Assembly: GCF_051058965.1 (NCBI RefSeq)
Contig: NZ_CP183924.1
Direction: 5' to 3' (one strand)
Source: Corallococcus exiguus
Lineage (GTDB): Bacteria > Myxococcota > Myxococcia > Myxococcales > Myxococcaceae
DNA: 64,000 nt
The notes under the pieces are model-generated. The model was not told the DNA's origin, did no database searches, and was given only the letters and a program-made list of their open reading frames with translations. A program made the position numbers and the translations under genes. This document shows, in pieces, positions 18,184 to 28,136 of the stretch; position 1 is the first letter of the stretch, and each line of letters opens with the position of its first letter.

Positions 18184-20868
18184 TCACCGGGCGCGGAGGA
18201 ACGCCTTGACGCTCGGGGACTGGAGCTTCTGGGACTCGATGCACAGCCGGATGGACTCCAGGGCCCGGGTGAGCGCGCGCGGTCCGCCTTCAATCTTGTC
18301 CACGCGGGGCGTCAGGAACGTCTCCACCTGCGCCAGGTGGATGTCATCGCAGAGGCTCCCCGTCTGGCCAATCAGCCGACCCAGCTCATCCGAACGCAGC
18401 CGCTGGGTCAGCGCATCGAAGTGCGTCTGATAGAAGTTCCACGCCAGCGACTGCGACTCCGGCAACATCAACGCCATCCGGAGGATGCTCTGCGAGTCCC
18501 GCACATCGAAGTCCGGCGACACCACGAGCCCCAGCGCCCGCCACAACAGCTCCGGGTTCCGGAAGTAGCCCAGCGACATCAGCAGCCGGGAACGCTCGGT
18601 GCGGTCCTGTTCCTTCCTCGCCGCTTCCAGCAGCGCGTCGAACAGCGCCGCATCGCCGTGCGTCGCTGCTCGGGGCAGCGCGGCACTGAACGCCTCCGGG
18701 TCCACCGACTTCCGGTCCGCCAGCCATGCGCGCACCAGGGGCAGCGCCTCCTTCACCAGCCGAGGGTCATCGCCCAGACCACCGGCCAGCCGGAGGAACA
18801 GGGAGCGTGAATCCTTCACGGAGTCGTCCTCGCCCGGCTTCGGCACCCAGCCCATGGCCCGCGCACGCGCCGAGTAGAGCGAGGCCACCCACGCGCGGAA
18901 GCGCTGGCGCTCCTCGGGCGTGAGCTGCTCCAGACGCACGAGTTCCAGCAGCGAGGCACCGCTCTGCACCACGAGCCGGTTCGTCGATTTCGCGGAAGCA
19001 GGCACCGACTTCAGCGCCTCCCCCAGCGGCAGGTCGCCCCGGCTCACCGCCGCATCCACATCCGCCCAGAGCGCCATCTGCTCCGCGGGAGTGAAGGCGG
19101 CGGCCGGAGTCGCGAGCAGCTTCGTCAACTGCTCGCGGGTGTAACCGCTGCGGTAGTAACCCGTGCCGCCCGCGTTGAGCAGCACCCACGCCGGGCACTG
19201 CTTCGTGGGCAACGCGACCTCCGCGGACGGCCCCTGCAACATCGAGCACACCCGCGACGACTGCGTGCCCGTGCCCACGCGAAGACACACGGGCACCTGC
19301 CATTCTTGCCGCGAGTCCGCCTTGGAGCCCACGGGCAGGTACCGCTCCTGCGACAGCTTCACGGACGGAGCACCGCCCGCCGGGCACGACAGCTGCGCGG
19401 TGATCCGAGGCGCCCCACTCCGCTCGATGAACCCGCCGAAGGATTGCGCCACCTCCGGCCCCGCCGCCTGGGACAGGTCCGCGAGGAAGTCCTCCATCGT
19501 CGCGACCTTCCACTCGTGCTTGCGGACATAGCCTCGGAGGAAGTCGCGGAAGCGCTCGGGGCCCATCCAGGCCTCGTACATGGCGATGACGGACGAGCCC
19601 TTGTCATACGTCGTCCCGTTGTCGAACGAGCCCACGATGTCGTCATTGCTCTCCACCGGCTTGCGCACGGGCAGCGCCGAGGCCAGCTCATCCGACGCCA
19701 GGGCGGAGCGGGTCGCGGACATGGCGCGCTCCTGCTGGTAGTCCCAGGACGGCTCCAGCCGGTCCACGGTCTGCCGGTCCAACCACGCGGTGAAGGACTC
19801 GTTCAGCCAGATGTCGTTCCACCAGGAGCAGGTGACGACGTCCCCGAACCAGTAGTGGCCCAGCTCATGGTTGGCGATGACCGCGTACGACTTGCGGCGG
19901 GCCAGCGTCTCCTCACCGGGAGGAATGAGCGTGAGCGGCTGCCCGAGTGCGACGATGCCCGGGTGCTCCATGGTGCCCCAGTACCGGGGCACGACCGCCA
20001 CATCGAGCTTCTCGTACGGATAGGGCTGGTCGAAGAAGTCCTCCAGTCCCTTCACGATGCGAGGCGTGATGCTCGCGGCGTAGCGCGTCTCCGCGCCCCG
20101 GCCCTTGGGGACGATGAAGCGCAGCGGCACGTTCGTGCGTCCCACGGTGCCGGCCTCGACGATGTCGAACGGCCCCACCATGAAGGCCACGAGGTAGCTG
20201 GGCATCGGCTTGCTCTCCGCGAAGGTGACGCGCTCCAGTCCGTCCGCCAGCGGCTCGCGCGACACGACGGGATGGTTGGCCAGCGCCACGTGTCCGGCCT
20301 TCACGGTGAAGCGCAGACGCCACGGCACCTTGAAGGTCGGCTCGTCGAAGCACGGGAAGGCGCGGCGCGCGTCGATGGGTTCGAAGAACGTGTAGAGGTA
20401 GGGCTCACCGCCCTCCTCCACCCCGTAGATGCCCTGGCTGCGCTCACGGTCCACCTTGCCCGTGAAGTCGAGCAAGAGCTGGGCCTTGCCCACCGGCAGT
20501 TCCTCCGGCAGCAGCAATCCCAGACGTCCTTCGGGCGCGGTGACAGGCTTCGCATCGAACGTGCGGCCCGCCACGGTGACACGAGCCCGCGTCACTTCCA
20601 CGTCCTGCGCATGCAGCCACACCTGGCGCACGGGCTCGCGGACCTCCACGTCGATGGTGACGCTGCCCGGGTACCTGTCCTCCGAGGGCACGAGCTTCAG
20701 ATCCAGCGCGTAGTGCACGGGCCGAACGGTGTCCGGCAGCCGCAGCGCGGGGGACAGGGCCTCCGGCCACGAAACGGAGGGCGGCGCGGATGCAGTCGGC
20801 GCGGCCTCCGGCGCGTGGGCGCAGCGGACGGTCAACACCACCAGGGCGAGGAGTGGGAGCAGTCGCAT
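18184..20868 (-). CDS. pepN: Aminopeptidase N (M1 family zinc metallopeptidase), secreted
   Basis: Signal peptide MRLLPLLALVVLTVRCAHA. The zinc motif is HELGHYWFGDVVTCSWWNDIWLNESF (HExxH-18-E), and GAMEHPG is upstream of it. Confidence 0.9.
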   Translation of the reverse strand: MRLLPLLALVVLTVRCAHAPEAAPTASAPPSVSWPEALSPALRLPDTVRPVHYALDLKLVPSEDRYPGSVTIDVEVREPVRQVWLHAQDVEVTRARVTVAGRTFDAKPVTAPEGRLGLLLPEELPVGKAQLLLDFTGKVDRERSQGIYGVEEGGEPYLYTFFEPIDARRAFPCFDEPTFKVPWRLRFTVKAGHVALANHPVVSREPLADGLERVTFAESKPMPSYLVAFMVGPFDIVEAGTVGRTNVPLRFIVPKGRGAETRYAASITPRIVKGLEDFFDQPYPYEKLDVAVVPRYWGTMEHPGIVALGQPLTLIPPGEETLARRKSYAVIANHELGHYWFGDVVTCSWWNDIWLNESFTAWLDRQTVDRLEPSWDYQQERAMSATRSALASDELASALPVRKPVESNDDIVGSFDNGTTYDKGSSVIAMYEAWMGPERFRDFLRGYVRKHEWKVATMEDFLADLSQAAGPEVAQSFGGFIERSGAPRITAQLSCPAGGAPSVKLSQERYLPVGSKADSRQEWQVPVCLRVGTGTQSSRVCSMLQGPSAEVALPTKQCPAWVLLNAGGTGYYRSGYTREQLTKLLATPAAAFTPAEQMALWADVDAAVSRGDLPLGEALKSVPASAKSTNRLVVQSGASLLELVRLEQLTPEERQRFRAWVASLYSARARAMGWVPKPGEDDSVKDSRSLFLRLAGGLGDDPRLVKEALPLVRAWLADRKSVDPEAFSAALPRAATHGDAALFDALLEAARKEQDRTERSRLLMSLGYFRNPELLWRALGLVVSPDFDVRDSQSILRMALMLPESQSLAWNFYQTHFDALTQRLRSDELGRLIGQTGSLCDDIHLAQVETFLTPRVDKIEGGPRALTRALESIRLCIESQKLQSPSVKAFLRAR

Positions 20869-21029
20869 GGGGCGCAGCGTAGACCATGCGCGGGTCGCGC
20901 ACCGCGCCTACGTCTCGGCTCGCACCCACAGCATTCTTGAAATGTCTCCAATCCGTGAAGCAGTGATTTCAACCCCGCGAGCCGCTACGGTCCTGATCCC
21001 CCCGCATCACCCTCTAGCCGAGGATAAAC

Positions 21030-21653
21030 ATGTTTCGTCGCAGCAGCGTTCTTCCCTCCCTCTTCGTGTCCCTGCTTTTCGTCGTGGGCTTCGCGTCGTC
21101 GGCCAGCGCTGACACCTACCAGACCTATGTGACGCCCACGGTCAATGGCTATCAGATTGGCACGTACCTCCCCAACCAGCCCACCGGGAACTTCAGCAGC
21201 GCCGCCGACACCGCCCGCCGCTTCTGTCAGGACCAGGGCCACAGCGGCGCGCAAAGCTTCACCACCGCCATCCGTGGCTCCGCCTACTCGTTCATCGTGG
21301 GTACGAATGGCGTGGGCAACTGGGGCACCACCGGCAATTCCAACGTGACCATGCTGGAGACCGTCACCTGCTTCACCTCCAACTCGGGCGTCACCTACAC
21401 GACTCCCGCGGTCAATGGCTATCAGATTGGCACGTACCTCCCCAACCAGCCCACCGGGAACTTCAGCAGCGCCGCCGATACCGCCCGCCGCTTCTGCCAG
21501 GACCAGGGCCACACCGGCGCGAGCAGCTTCACCACCGCCATCCGTGGCTCCGCCTACTCATTCGTCGTGGGCACGAACGGCGTGGGCAACTGGGGCACCA
21601 CCGGCAACTCCAATGTGACCATGCTCGAAACGGTCACCTGCATCACGCAGTAA
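21030..21653 (+). CDS. Secreted protein made of two near-identical approximately 90-aa tandem repeats
   Basis: Signal peptide MFRRSSVLPSLFVSLLFVVGFASSASA. The repeat unit YxTPxVNGYQIGTYLPNQPTGNFSSAADTARRFCQDQGH.G..SFTTAIRGSAYSF.VGTNGVGNWGTTGNSNVTMLETVTC occurs twice. The DNA copies are 270 bp apart at about 95% identity. Confidence 0.7.
   Translation: MFRRSSVLPSLFVSLLFVVGFASSASADTYQTYVTPTVNGYQIGTYLPNQPTGNFSSAADTARRFCQDQGHSGAQSFTTAIRGSAYSFIVGTNGVGNWGTTGNSNVTMLETVTCFTSNSGVTYTTPAVNGYQIGTYLPNQPTGNFSSAADTARRFCQDQGHTGASSFTTAIRGSAYSFVVGTNGVGNWGTTGNSNVTMLETVTCITQ
21113..21652 (+). repeat. Two 270-bp direct tandem repeats inside the CDS at 21030..21653
   Basis: gtcaatggctatcagattggcacgtacctccccaaccagcccaccggg... 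begins at 21141 and again at 21411. Confidence 0.8.
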
Positions 21654-21736
21654 CCGACAGTCCGGGGACCGGGGCTCCTCGCGGCCCCGGTCCACCGGGT
21701 GTCTTCCAGATGCACGCGGCGGTGGAGTGGGTCAGG

Positions 21737-22567
21737 ATGCGGCCCATGTCCAACCTCCAAGGCAAGACCCTCTTCATCACCGGCGCCAGCCGCGGCATCG
21801 GCAAGGCCATCGCGCTGCGCGCGGCCCGCGACGGCGCCAACATCGTCATCGCGGCCAAGACGACGGACCCGCACCCCAAGCTGCCCGGGACCATCTACTC
21901 GGCGGCGAAGGAGATTGAAGAGGCCGGCGGCAAGGCGCTCCCCTGCGTGGTGGACATCCGCGACGAGGCGCAGATCCACGCCGCCGTCGCCAAGGCCGTG
22001 GAGACCTTCGGCGGCATCGACATCCTGGTGAACAACGCCAGCGCCATCAGCCTCACCGGCACGCTGGAGACGCCGCTCAAGCGCTTCGACCTGATGCACG
22101 GCATCAACACGCGCGGCACCTTCGCGTGCTCGCAGGCGTGCATCCCGTACCTCAAGAAGTCCTCCAACCCGCACATCCTCAACAACTCGCCGCCGCTCAA
22201 CATGGAGCCGCGCTGGTTCGGCCCCCACGTGGCCTACACCATCGCGAAGTACGGCATGAGCCTGTGCGCCCTGGGCATGGCGGAGGAGCTCAAGGACGAC
22301 GGCATCGCCGTCAACACGCTGTGGCCCCGCACCGTCATCGCCACCGCCGCCGTGCAGAACCTGCTGGGCGGCGACGACACCATCAAGGGCAGCCGCACGC
22401 CGGAGATCATGGCGGACGCCGCCTACGCCATCCTCACCAAGCCCAGCCGCTCCTTCACCGGCAACTTCTGCATCGACGATGAAGTGCTGCGCGCCGCCGG
22501 CGTCACCAACCTGGACAAGTACCAGTCCGTCCCCGGCGCGGAGCTGCTGCCCGACTTCTTCCTCTAG
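21737..22567 (+). CDS. SDR-family oxidoreductase (HSDL2-like short-chain dehydrogenase)
   Basis: The cofactor motif is LFITGASRGIGKAIAL (TGxxxGIG). NNAS is present, and the active-site YTIAKYG carries the YxxxK. The start is MRPMSNLQGKT at 21737, or MSNL at 21746. Confidence 0.85.
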   Translation: MRPMSNLQGKTLFITGASRGIGKAIALRAARDGANIVIAAKTTDPHPKLPGTIYSAAKEIEEAGGKALPCVVDIRDEAQIHAAVAKAVETFGGIDILVNNASAISLTGTLETPLKRFDLMHGINTRGTFACSQACIPYLKKSSNPHILNNSPPLNMEPRWFGPHVAYTIAKYGMSLCALGMAEELKDDGIAVNTLWPRTVIATAAVQNLLGGDDTIKGSRTPEIMADAAYAILTKPSRSFTGNFCIDDEVLRAAGVTNLDKYQSVPGAELLPDFFL

Positions 22568-22581
22568 CGCGTCTCGGCCCC

Positions 22582-23502
22582 ATGCCCCCGCGCAAGCTCC
22601 AGCGACACCTGGTCTGGCTCGAGTCCTTCACCGCCGCCGTGGAGGCCGGCAGCATCGACGCCGCCGCGGAGCACCTGGGCGTCGCCCGCTCCGTCGTGAG
22701 CGAGCACATTCGCGCCCTGGAGGAAGCGCTCGCGGATGGCGCCGCCCTGCTGGAGCGGGGGCCGGGCCGGCGCCTGCAACTGTCCGCGCGCGGAGAGCGC
22801 CTCTACGCGGGCACCCAGACGCCGCTGCACCAGCTGGACGTGAAGCGGCTGATGGACCTGGCCCGCGTGGAGCCCACCCTGCGCCTGGGCCTCAACCCCA
22901 CGCTGTCCATGTCGCTGTTGGGCGGCATCGCGCAGGACGCCGCCGCCGCCGACCTCAAGCTGGTGGTGGGCTTCGGCGGCTCGCACGAGCTCATGCGGCA
23001 GGTGCAGACGCGGCAGCAGGACCTGGCGCTCGACTTCACCCCCCTGCCCCCGCATGAGGGCGTGGACACCGAGTCCCTGCTGCGCATGTCCTTCGTCGTC
23101 ATCGCGGGTCCCGACTCCGCGCTCGCCCGGGAGCACCCCTCCCGCCGCTCGCTGGACGTGAAGGACCTCCAGGGCCAGCGCTTCGTGGACTGGCTTCGAG
23201 ACGACCCCTACGGCGGCGCCAACAGCGCGCGCTTCGCCGCGCACGGCGTGTCCGTCACCGAGGTCGGCCGCGTGGAGAGCTTCCTCCACCTCTACGAGCT
23301 GCTGCGCGCGTACAAGGCCTGCACCATCGCCCCGGACGTACGCCCCACCCAGCCGTTCCCCACCGACCTCCACGTCTGGCCCCTGCGCGAACAGGAGCCC
23401 CAGGTCGTGGAGGTGGTAGCCGTCTGGCCCTCCGGAGGCCTCAGCCCCGCCGTCCAATCCATCCTTGACGGGCTGCGTCGCCGCCTGAACAAACGGCGAT
23501 AA
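22582..23502 (+). CDS. LysR-family transcriptional regulator
   Basis: The N-terminal HTH reads LQRHLVWLESFTAAVEAGSIDAAAEHLGVARSVVSEHIRALEEAL. The C-terminus is substrate-binding-like. Confidence 0.85.
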   Translation: MPPRKLQRHLVWLESFTAAVEAGSIDAAAEHLGVARSVVSEHIRALEEALADGAALLERGPGRRLQLSARGERLYAGTQTPLHQLDVKRLMDLARVEPTLRLGLNPTLSMSLLGGIAQDAAAADLKLVVGFGGSHELMRQVQTRQQDLALDFTPLPPHEGVDTESLLRMSFVVIAGPDSALAREHPSRRSLDVKDLQGQRFVDWLRDDPYGGANSARFAAHGVSVTEVGRVESFLHLYELLRAYKACTIAPDVRPTQPFPTDLHVWPLREQEPQVVEVVAVWPSGGLSPAVQSILDGLRRRLNKRR

Positions 23503-23595
23503 TCCGACGAAGACGTCGAATTCTGCCGGATTTCCGTCTTGCAGTGGGGTGGGTATTCTTCAGGAGTCCTGCATCTCCTGAAGGAGCCGCTCGCG

Positions 23596-25191
23596 ATGAC
23601 GCCCACGGAACGGACCATTGCCCGTCTTCCCGCCCACCTGCGCCGCTACGTGGTGGGCCAGGACTACGCGGCGTACACGCCCAGGGATCAGGCGGTGTGG
23701 CGGCACATCCTGGGGCAGCTGCGCGAGCACCTGAGCGACAAGGCGCACCCCGTCTACCTGGAGGGCCTGGAGGCCACGGGCATTGGCGCGGAGGCCATCC
23801 CCAGCCTGGACGAGATGAACGAGAAGCTGTCCCAGCTGGGCTGGTCCTGCGTGGCGGTGCGCGGCTTCATCCCGCCGGCCGTCTTCACGGAGCTGCAGGC
23901 GCTGGGCGTGCTGGCCATCGCGGCGGACATCCGCACGCACGAACACATCCAGTACACGCCCGCGCCGGACATCGTCCATGAGAGCGCCGGCCACGCGCCC
24001 ATCATCGCGAACGCGCGGTATGCCCAGTACCTCAAGGCCGTGGGGCTGGTGGGCTTCAAGGCCATCGCCAGCGTGGAGGACCAGGCCGTCTTCGAGGCCA
24101 TCCGCAACCTCTCCGTGGTGAAGGAGGACCCCACCGCGACGGAGGAGGAGATCGCCCACGCCCAGGCCCGCCTGGAGGCCGCCAACGCCAGCCACCGCTA
24201 CATCAGCGAGAGCACCCGCGCGAGCCGCCTGTACTGGTGGACCGCGGAGTACGGGCTGATTGGCGACCTGAAGCACCCGCGCATCTACGGCGCGGGCCTG
24301 CTGTCCAGCATCGGCGAGGCCCGGCACTGCCTGACGTCCGCCGTGCACAAGCTGCCCCTGGGCGCGGCGTGCGCGGACACGGACTACGACATCACCCGCA
24401 TGCAGCCGCAGCTCTTCGTGGCGCGCGACTTCGAGCACCTCTTCGAAGTCCTGGCCGAGTTCGAGTCCACGCTCGCGTGGAAGCGCGGCGGAGACCTGGG
24501 CCTGAACGAGGCGCTGCGCGCGCGCACGGTCAACCACCTGGTGCTCGCGGACGGCCGCGAGGTGACGGGCAAGGTGGTGGAGCTGCTGCCCGCCGCGAAG
24601 GACGTGGCCCCGGGCCTGTCCACCGCGCTGGCCCGGCTGGAGGGCCCCATCCTCACGTCCATGAACGGGCACGCCGTGGACATGCCGTTCAGCGGCGCGG
24701 CGCTGGTCGCCTTTGGCCAGGGCAGCCTGCCGGAGCGCGGAAGCTTCACGCTCACGCTCGACAGCGGGCTGGTGCTGGAGGGCTTCGCGGTGGGCGGCGG
24801 AGAAGTGATTGCCCTGCGCGGCACGCTGGCCGGCCAGGAGCTGACGCTGCCGTCCATGGCGCGCCTGTACCTGACGGAGCGGCTGCCGTCCGTGGCGGGC
24901 GGCCCCGCCGACCCGGGCACGTGGGACGAGTGGTTCGGGGAGATGGACGCCTTCACCGCGGGCGACGGCGAGGCCCAGGCGCGCGAGCGCAAGGCGCAGG
25001 CCCTGCCCCCGTCGCTGGCCGCCCTCTACACGGAGGTGCGCCGCATCCGCGAGACGGGGCAGCTGGCCTCCGAGCGACTGGAGCAGATCGCCCGCGCGTC
25101 CACGGACTTCCCCACCGACTGGCTCCTGCGCGCCGAGGTCGCGGAGCTGCGCGGCGAGGTGCCCGCGCGGCGCGAGGCGGCGCAGGCGTAG
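23596..25191 (+). CDS. Aromatic-amino-acid hydroxylase family protein (phenylalanine-4-monooxygenase-like) with a approximately 250-aa C-terminal extension
   Basis: GGAG RBS, then ATG 23596. The non-heme iron motif is PDIVHESAGHAPIIA (PDxxHExxGHxP), with ...YWWTAEYGLI... as in PhhA. The protein is about 532 aa against about 270-300 for bacterial PAH. Confidence 0.7.
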   Translation: MTPTERTIARLPAHLRRYVVGQDYAAYTPRDQAVWRHILGQLREHLSDKAHPVYLEGLEATGIGAEAIPSLDEMNEKLSQLGWSCVAVRGFIPPAVFTELQALGVLAIAADIRTHEHIQYTPAPDIVHESAGHAPIIANARYAQYLKAVGLVGFKAIASVEDQAVFEAIRNLSVVKEDPTATEEEIAHAQARLEAANASHRYISESTRASRLYWWTAEYGLIGDLKHPRIYGAGLLSSIGEARHCLTSAVHKLPLGAACADTDYDITRMQPQLFVARDFEHLFEVLAEFESTLAWKRGGDLGLNEALRARTVNHLVLADGREVTGKVVELLPAAKDVAPGLSTALARLEGPILTSMNGHAVDMPFSGAALVAFGQGSLPERGSFTLTLDSGLVLEGFAVGGGEVIALRGTLAGQELTLPSMARLYLTERLPSVAGGPADPGTWDEWFGEMDAFTAGDGEAQARERKAQALPPSLAALYTEVRRIRETGQLASERLEQIARASTDFPTDWLLRAEVAELRGEVPARREAAQA

Positions 25192-25237
25192 GGCCCGGTG
25201 CTTCGAATCACAGACGGATGACGCGCAACGGCCCGGT

Positions 25238-25275
25238 CGACCTCTTCACGAGGTCGCCGGGCCGAATCACTTCCA
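25238..25275. terminator. Imperfect inverted repeat between the convergent PAH-like and LysM genes
   Basis: cggcccggtcgacctc ttcac gaggtcgccgggccg. The stem is approximately 14 bp with one indel. Confidence 0.35.
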
Positions 25276-25294
25276 GGGGCTTTCGCCGCCGGGA

Positions 25295-27013
25295 CTACTT
25301 GTTGATGCGCACCATGGCCACGTCGTAGTGGCGCTCGGTCACGTAGCCGTTCGCGGCCTTGCCGGGGCGGTACATGTTCCCGGTCTTGTCATCCACGTAG
25401 AAGCGGTTGTTCGGGTTCGTGTCCTTGCCCGTGCTGGCGTTCTTCGTGCCCGGGTCGTGGAACGTGTAGTAGGTGCGGCCCTTGTCGTCGACGCCGCGGC
25501 CCGTGATGGTCACGAAGTGGTCCGTGAGGCCGTCCGCGTTGTAGGTCGCGTCCTTGTGGCTCACGCCCACGACCACCGGCTTGCCGGCCTCCAGCTGCTT
25601 GTCGATGTAGCTGCGGCCCTCGGCGGCCTTCTTCGAGTCCACGTTGAGCGCGCCGACGCCGTTCTCGCTCTTGCCCACCTGGATGCGGCGGTCCGGGCCC
25701 AGCACGGTCGCGCCGGAGTCACGCGCCATCGCCGTCGCGGCCTTGAAGCACGCCGTGTCGCTCGCGGTGTAGCCGTGGCCGTTCTCGAACTGGCTGTAGT
25801 ACGGCACCTTCACGTGCACCGCCGGCTTGTCCTTGGACGGGGCCACCTGCTCCGTGTTCGCGGGGGCCGCCTCCGTGGTGGGCTTGGAGGTGTTCGTGCC
25901 CTGCGTCGTGGGCTTGCCTTCCGTGGTGCCCGGCTTCGAGCCGTTGTTCACGGACGGGGGAACCACGCCCGTGTTGGTGTTGGCCGGCTTCGTCGTGGTG
26001 CCCGACTTCTCCTGCTTCAGCATCGCGAGGGCGTCCTTCGCCTCCGACTTGAAGCGGTTGGCCACGCCCTTCTGCACATCCTTGGAGCTGCCGGAGAAGT
26101 GCACCAGGGTGCCGCTGGCGTTGGTGCGGCCGCGCTCGGCGTAGATGTCCTTGATGAGCTGCTCGTCGCTCACCTTCGCGGGGTCACGCCCGTTGAGCGC
26201 CTTCTTGAAGATGTCATCCGCCTTGCCCGGGCCGTGCTGCACGGAGGTGGACCAGGCCACGTCTCGCAGCGCCGCGGAGCGCTTGTCCAGGTCGATGCCC
26301 GTCGCCTTCTTGATGTTGGCGGCGCCCGCGTCGTAGTGCGTGGTCTTGATGTAGTCGTGCTGCGCCTTGTCGAAGCCCTTCGGGTCCTTCGCGGCCAGCT
26401 GCTTCCACGCGGCGGAGAACTCCGCGGTGCCCGGCTTGCTGCCCGACAGCGCCTTGTGGAAGTCCGGGTTCGTCTTCTTCAGCGAGTTGACGAACGACTG
26501 CGCGGACCCGTTCGCGGAGGCGAACTGGTAGGAGCCGTAGGACACGCCGCCCTTGTCACCCTTGCCCGTGGACACGGTGCCGGGGCCGCGAGCCTCGTAC
26601 TTGCGGCTCAGCCCGCCCAGTTCCCCGTTGGTCGCGCTGCTGGAGGACGTGTTCGTCGCGGGCGTCGTCGCCTTCGCGCCGTCCGTGGACTGCGTGAAGC
26701 TGTCGCCCGACGTCTTCGTCCCCGCGCTCGACTTGTTGGTGCCCTTCGTGTCGAAGCCGTCCTGCACCTTCAGCGTCTGGCCGGCCAGGATCTTGTTCGG
26801 ATCCTTGATGTTGTTCGCCTTGGCCAGCGCGTCAACGGTCGTGTTGTAGCGCTTCGCGAGCCCGGAAAGCGTGTCGCCCGAATTGACGCGGATGTTGGAG
26901 ACGGTCACGGAGAAGACCCCTCTATGTCTGGCCGCGACCAAAGGCGCCGCGGACGTGCTTGGATTGACCGGATTATCGAAAGGCAATGCGATCAGTTTCG
27001 CATTCCCAGTCAC
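25295..27013 (-). CDS. LysM-domain protein with a central unknown domain and a C-terminal C39-like (papain-fold) cysteine peptidase domain. Candidate peptidoglycan-targeting hydrolase or effector.
   Basis: LysM reads [48 protein letters not shown]. Low-complexity T/S/G linkers follow. The C-terminus carries [28 protein letters not shown], a Peptidase_C39_2-like YYSQ...C motif. Codon usage looks atypical (Lys/Asn/Thr-rich), and the flanking intergenic region is AT-rich. Confidence 0.65.
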   Translation of the reverse strand: MTGNAKLIALPFDNPVNPSTSAAPLVAARHRGVFSVTVSNIRVNSGDTLSGLAKRYNTTVDALAKANNIKDPNKILAGQTLKVQDGFDTKGTNKSSAGTKTSGDSFTQSTDGAKATTPATNTSSSSATNGELGGLSRKYEARGPGTVSTGKGDKGGVSYGSYQFASANGSAQSFVNSLKKTNPDFHKALSGSKPGTAEFSAAWKQLAAKDPKGFDKAQHDYIKTTHYDAGAANIKKATGIDLDKRSAALRDVAWSTSVQHGPGKADDIFKKALNGRDPAKVSDEQLIKDIYAERGRTNASGTLVHFSGSSKDVQKGVANRFKSEAKDALAMLKQEKSGTTTKPANTNTGVVPPSVNNGSKPGTTEGKPTTQGTNTSKPTTEAAPANTEQVAPSKDKPAVHVKVPYYSQFENGHGYTASDTACFKAATAMARDSGATVLGPDRRIQVGKSENGVGALNVDSKKAAEGRSYIDKQLEAGKPVVVGVSHKDATYNADGLTDHFVTITGRGVDDKGRTYYTFHDPGTKNASTGKDTNPNNRFYVDDKTGNMYRPGKAANGYVTERHYDVAMVRINK

Positions 27014-27101
27014 AATCGTGTGAAACCAGTGATTCCAGCAACTTCAGTTTCAGCAGATCGATCCGCTGAGACTGAAGAACCTGCCCAGGAGGACCACTCG
27101 G

Positions 27102-28136
27102 ATGTCCAGGATCCAACCGGAATTCAAAAGTTTGGCATTACTGTTTGCCATTTGCGTCACGACCGCGGTCCCGGACGCCTCGGCTCAGGGGTCCGAGGGA
27201 CTCACGGGGGTCTATTCGAACAAGGGCGGGACGCTCGCCATCGTCGAAGGCAGCAACGAGACGCTCGTGCACTTCTCGGGCTCGTTCCCGCAGGGCAGCA
27301 GCGCGGGCACCTGCGATTGCGCCCTGGTCGTCCAGAAGAAGACAGTCACGAATTGGTCACTTCATCAGGCGGGTGAGGAAGACGCCTGGACGCTGCGCGT
27401 CAATCCCAAGCAATTCGTCCTGGAGTCGGGTCCGTCACCGTCCTGTTGCGGCGCCGGCTACCCAGGCAAGGACACGTTCGCCCGGAGTACCTCCAAGCCG
27501 CTGAGCATCTGCAAGGTGAAGGTGTCCAAGGCGGGCTTCCACGCGTCGGACGCGGCCAACACGCCGCGCAAGGCGTTCGTGGTGTCTGGCGACGCGGTGG
27601 AGGCCTACGTCGACCCGGTGGAGCCGGACTTCCTCGCCGCGCGCTTCCAGGGCCCCCAGAAGGCCACGGCGGGGCTGCTCAAGCGCGAGGACCTGGACTG
27701 CGCGGCGGAAGGCGCGCCCACGGCCGCGAAGGCTCCCGTGGCCGCGGACAAGCTCCAGCCCTTCGCGGGGACGTGGGTGGAGTTGACGCGGCAGGGCAAG
27801 GGCTTCGTGGTGCTCAAGCCCTGCTCGGCGGCGACGCGCAGCTTCACCGTCAAGCCCGCGACGGGCGAGGTGGAGGTGCAGTTGGGCCAGGAGGCCACGA
27901 CGATGAAGGTGACGTCCGTGGAGGCCGGCAAGGGCGCCGGGGCCTGGGTGCTGGGGCTCACGGCCGCGGACGGCAAGCCGGAGTCGCTCCAGTGGAAGAC
28001 GGCCGACGCCGCGAAGGGCACCGTGACCGTGAACAGCCCGGACCTCTTCTCCCAGAGCCACGACTACGTGCGCCAGGAGAAGAAGTCCGCCTTCCCGACC
28101 AAGCAGGAGACGGGATGCGACGAGTTCGAGCGCTAA
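27102..28136 (+). CDS. Hypothetical secreted protein (signal peptide, several Cys)
   Basis: The signal peptide ends MSRIQPEFKSLALLFAICVTTAVPDASAQG. I recognise no domain. It is divergent from the LysM gene across an AT-rich intergenic region (26940-27100). Confidence 0.55.
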   Translation: MSRIQPEFKSLALLFAICVTTAVPDASAQGSEGLTGVYSNKGGTLAIVEGSNETLVHFSGSFPQGSSAGTCDCALVVQKKTVTNWSLHQAGEEDAWTLRVNPKQFVLESGPSPSCCGAGYPGKDTFARSTSKPLSICKVKVSKAGFHASDAANTPRKAFVVSGDAVEAYVDPVEPDFLAARFQGPQKATAGLLKREDLDCAAEGAPTAAKAPVAADKLQPFAGTWVELTRQGKGFVVLKPCSAATRSFTVKPATGEVEVQLGQEATTMKVTSVEAGKGAGAWVLGLTAADGKPESLQWKTADAAKGTVTVNSPDLFSQSHDYVRQEKKSAFPTKQETGCDEFER

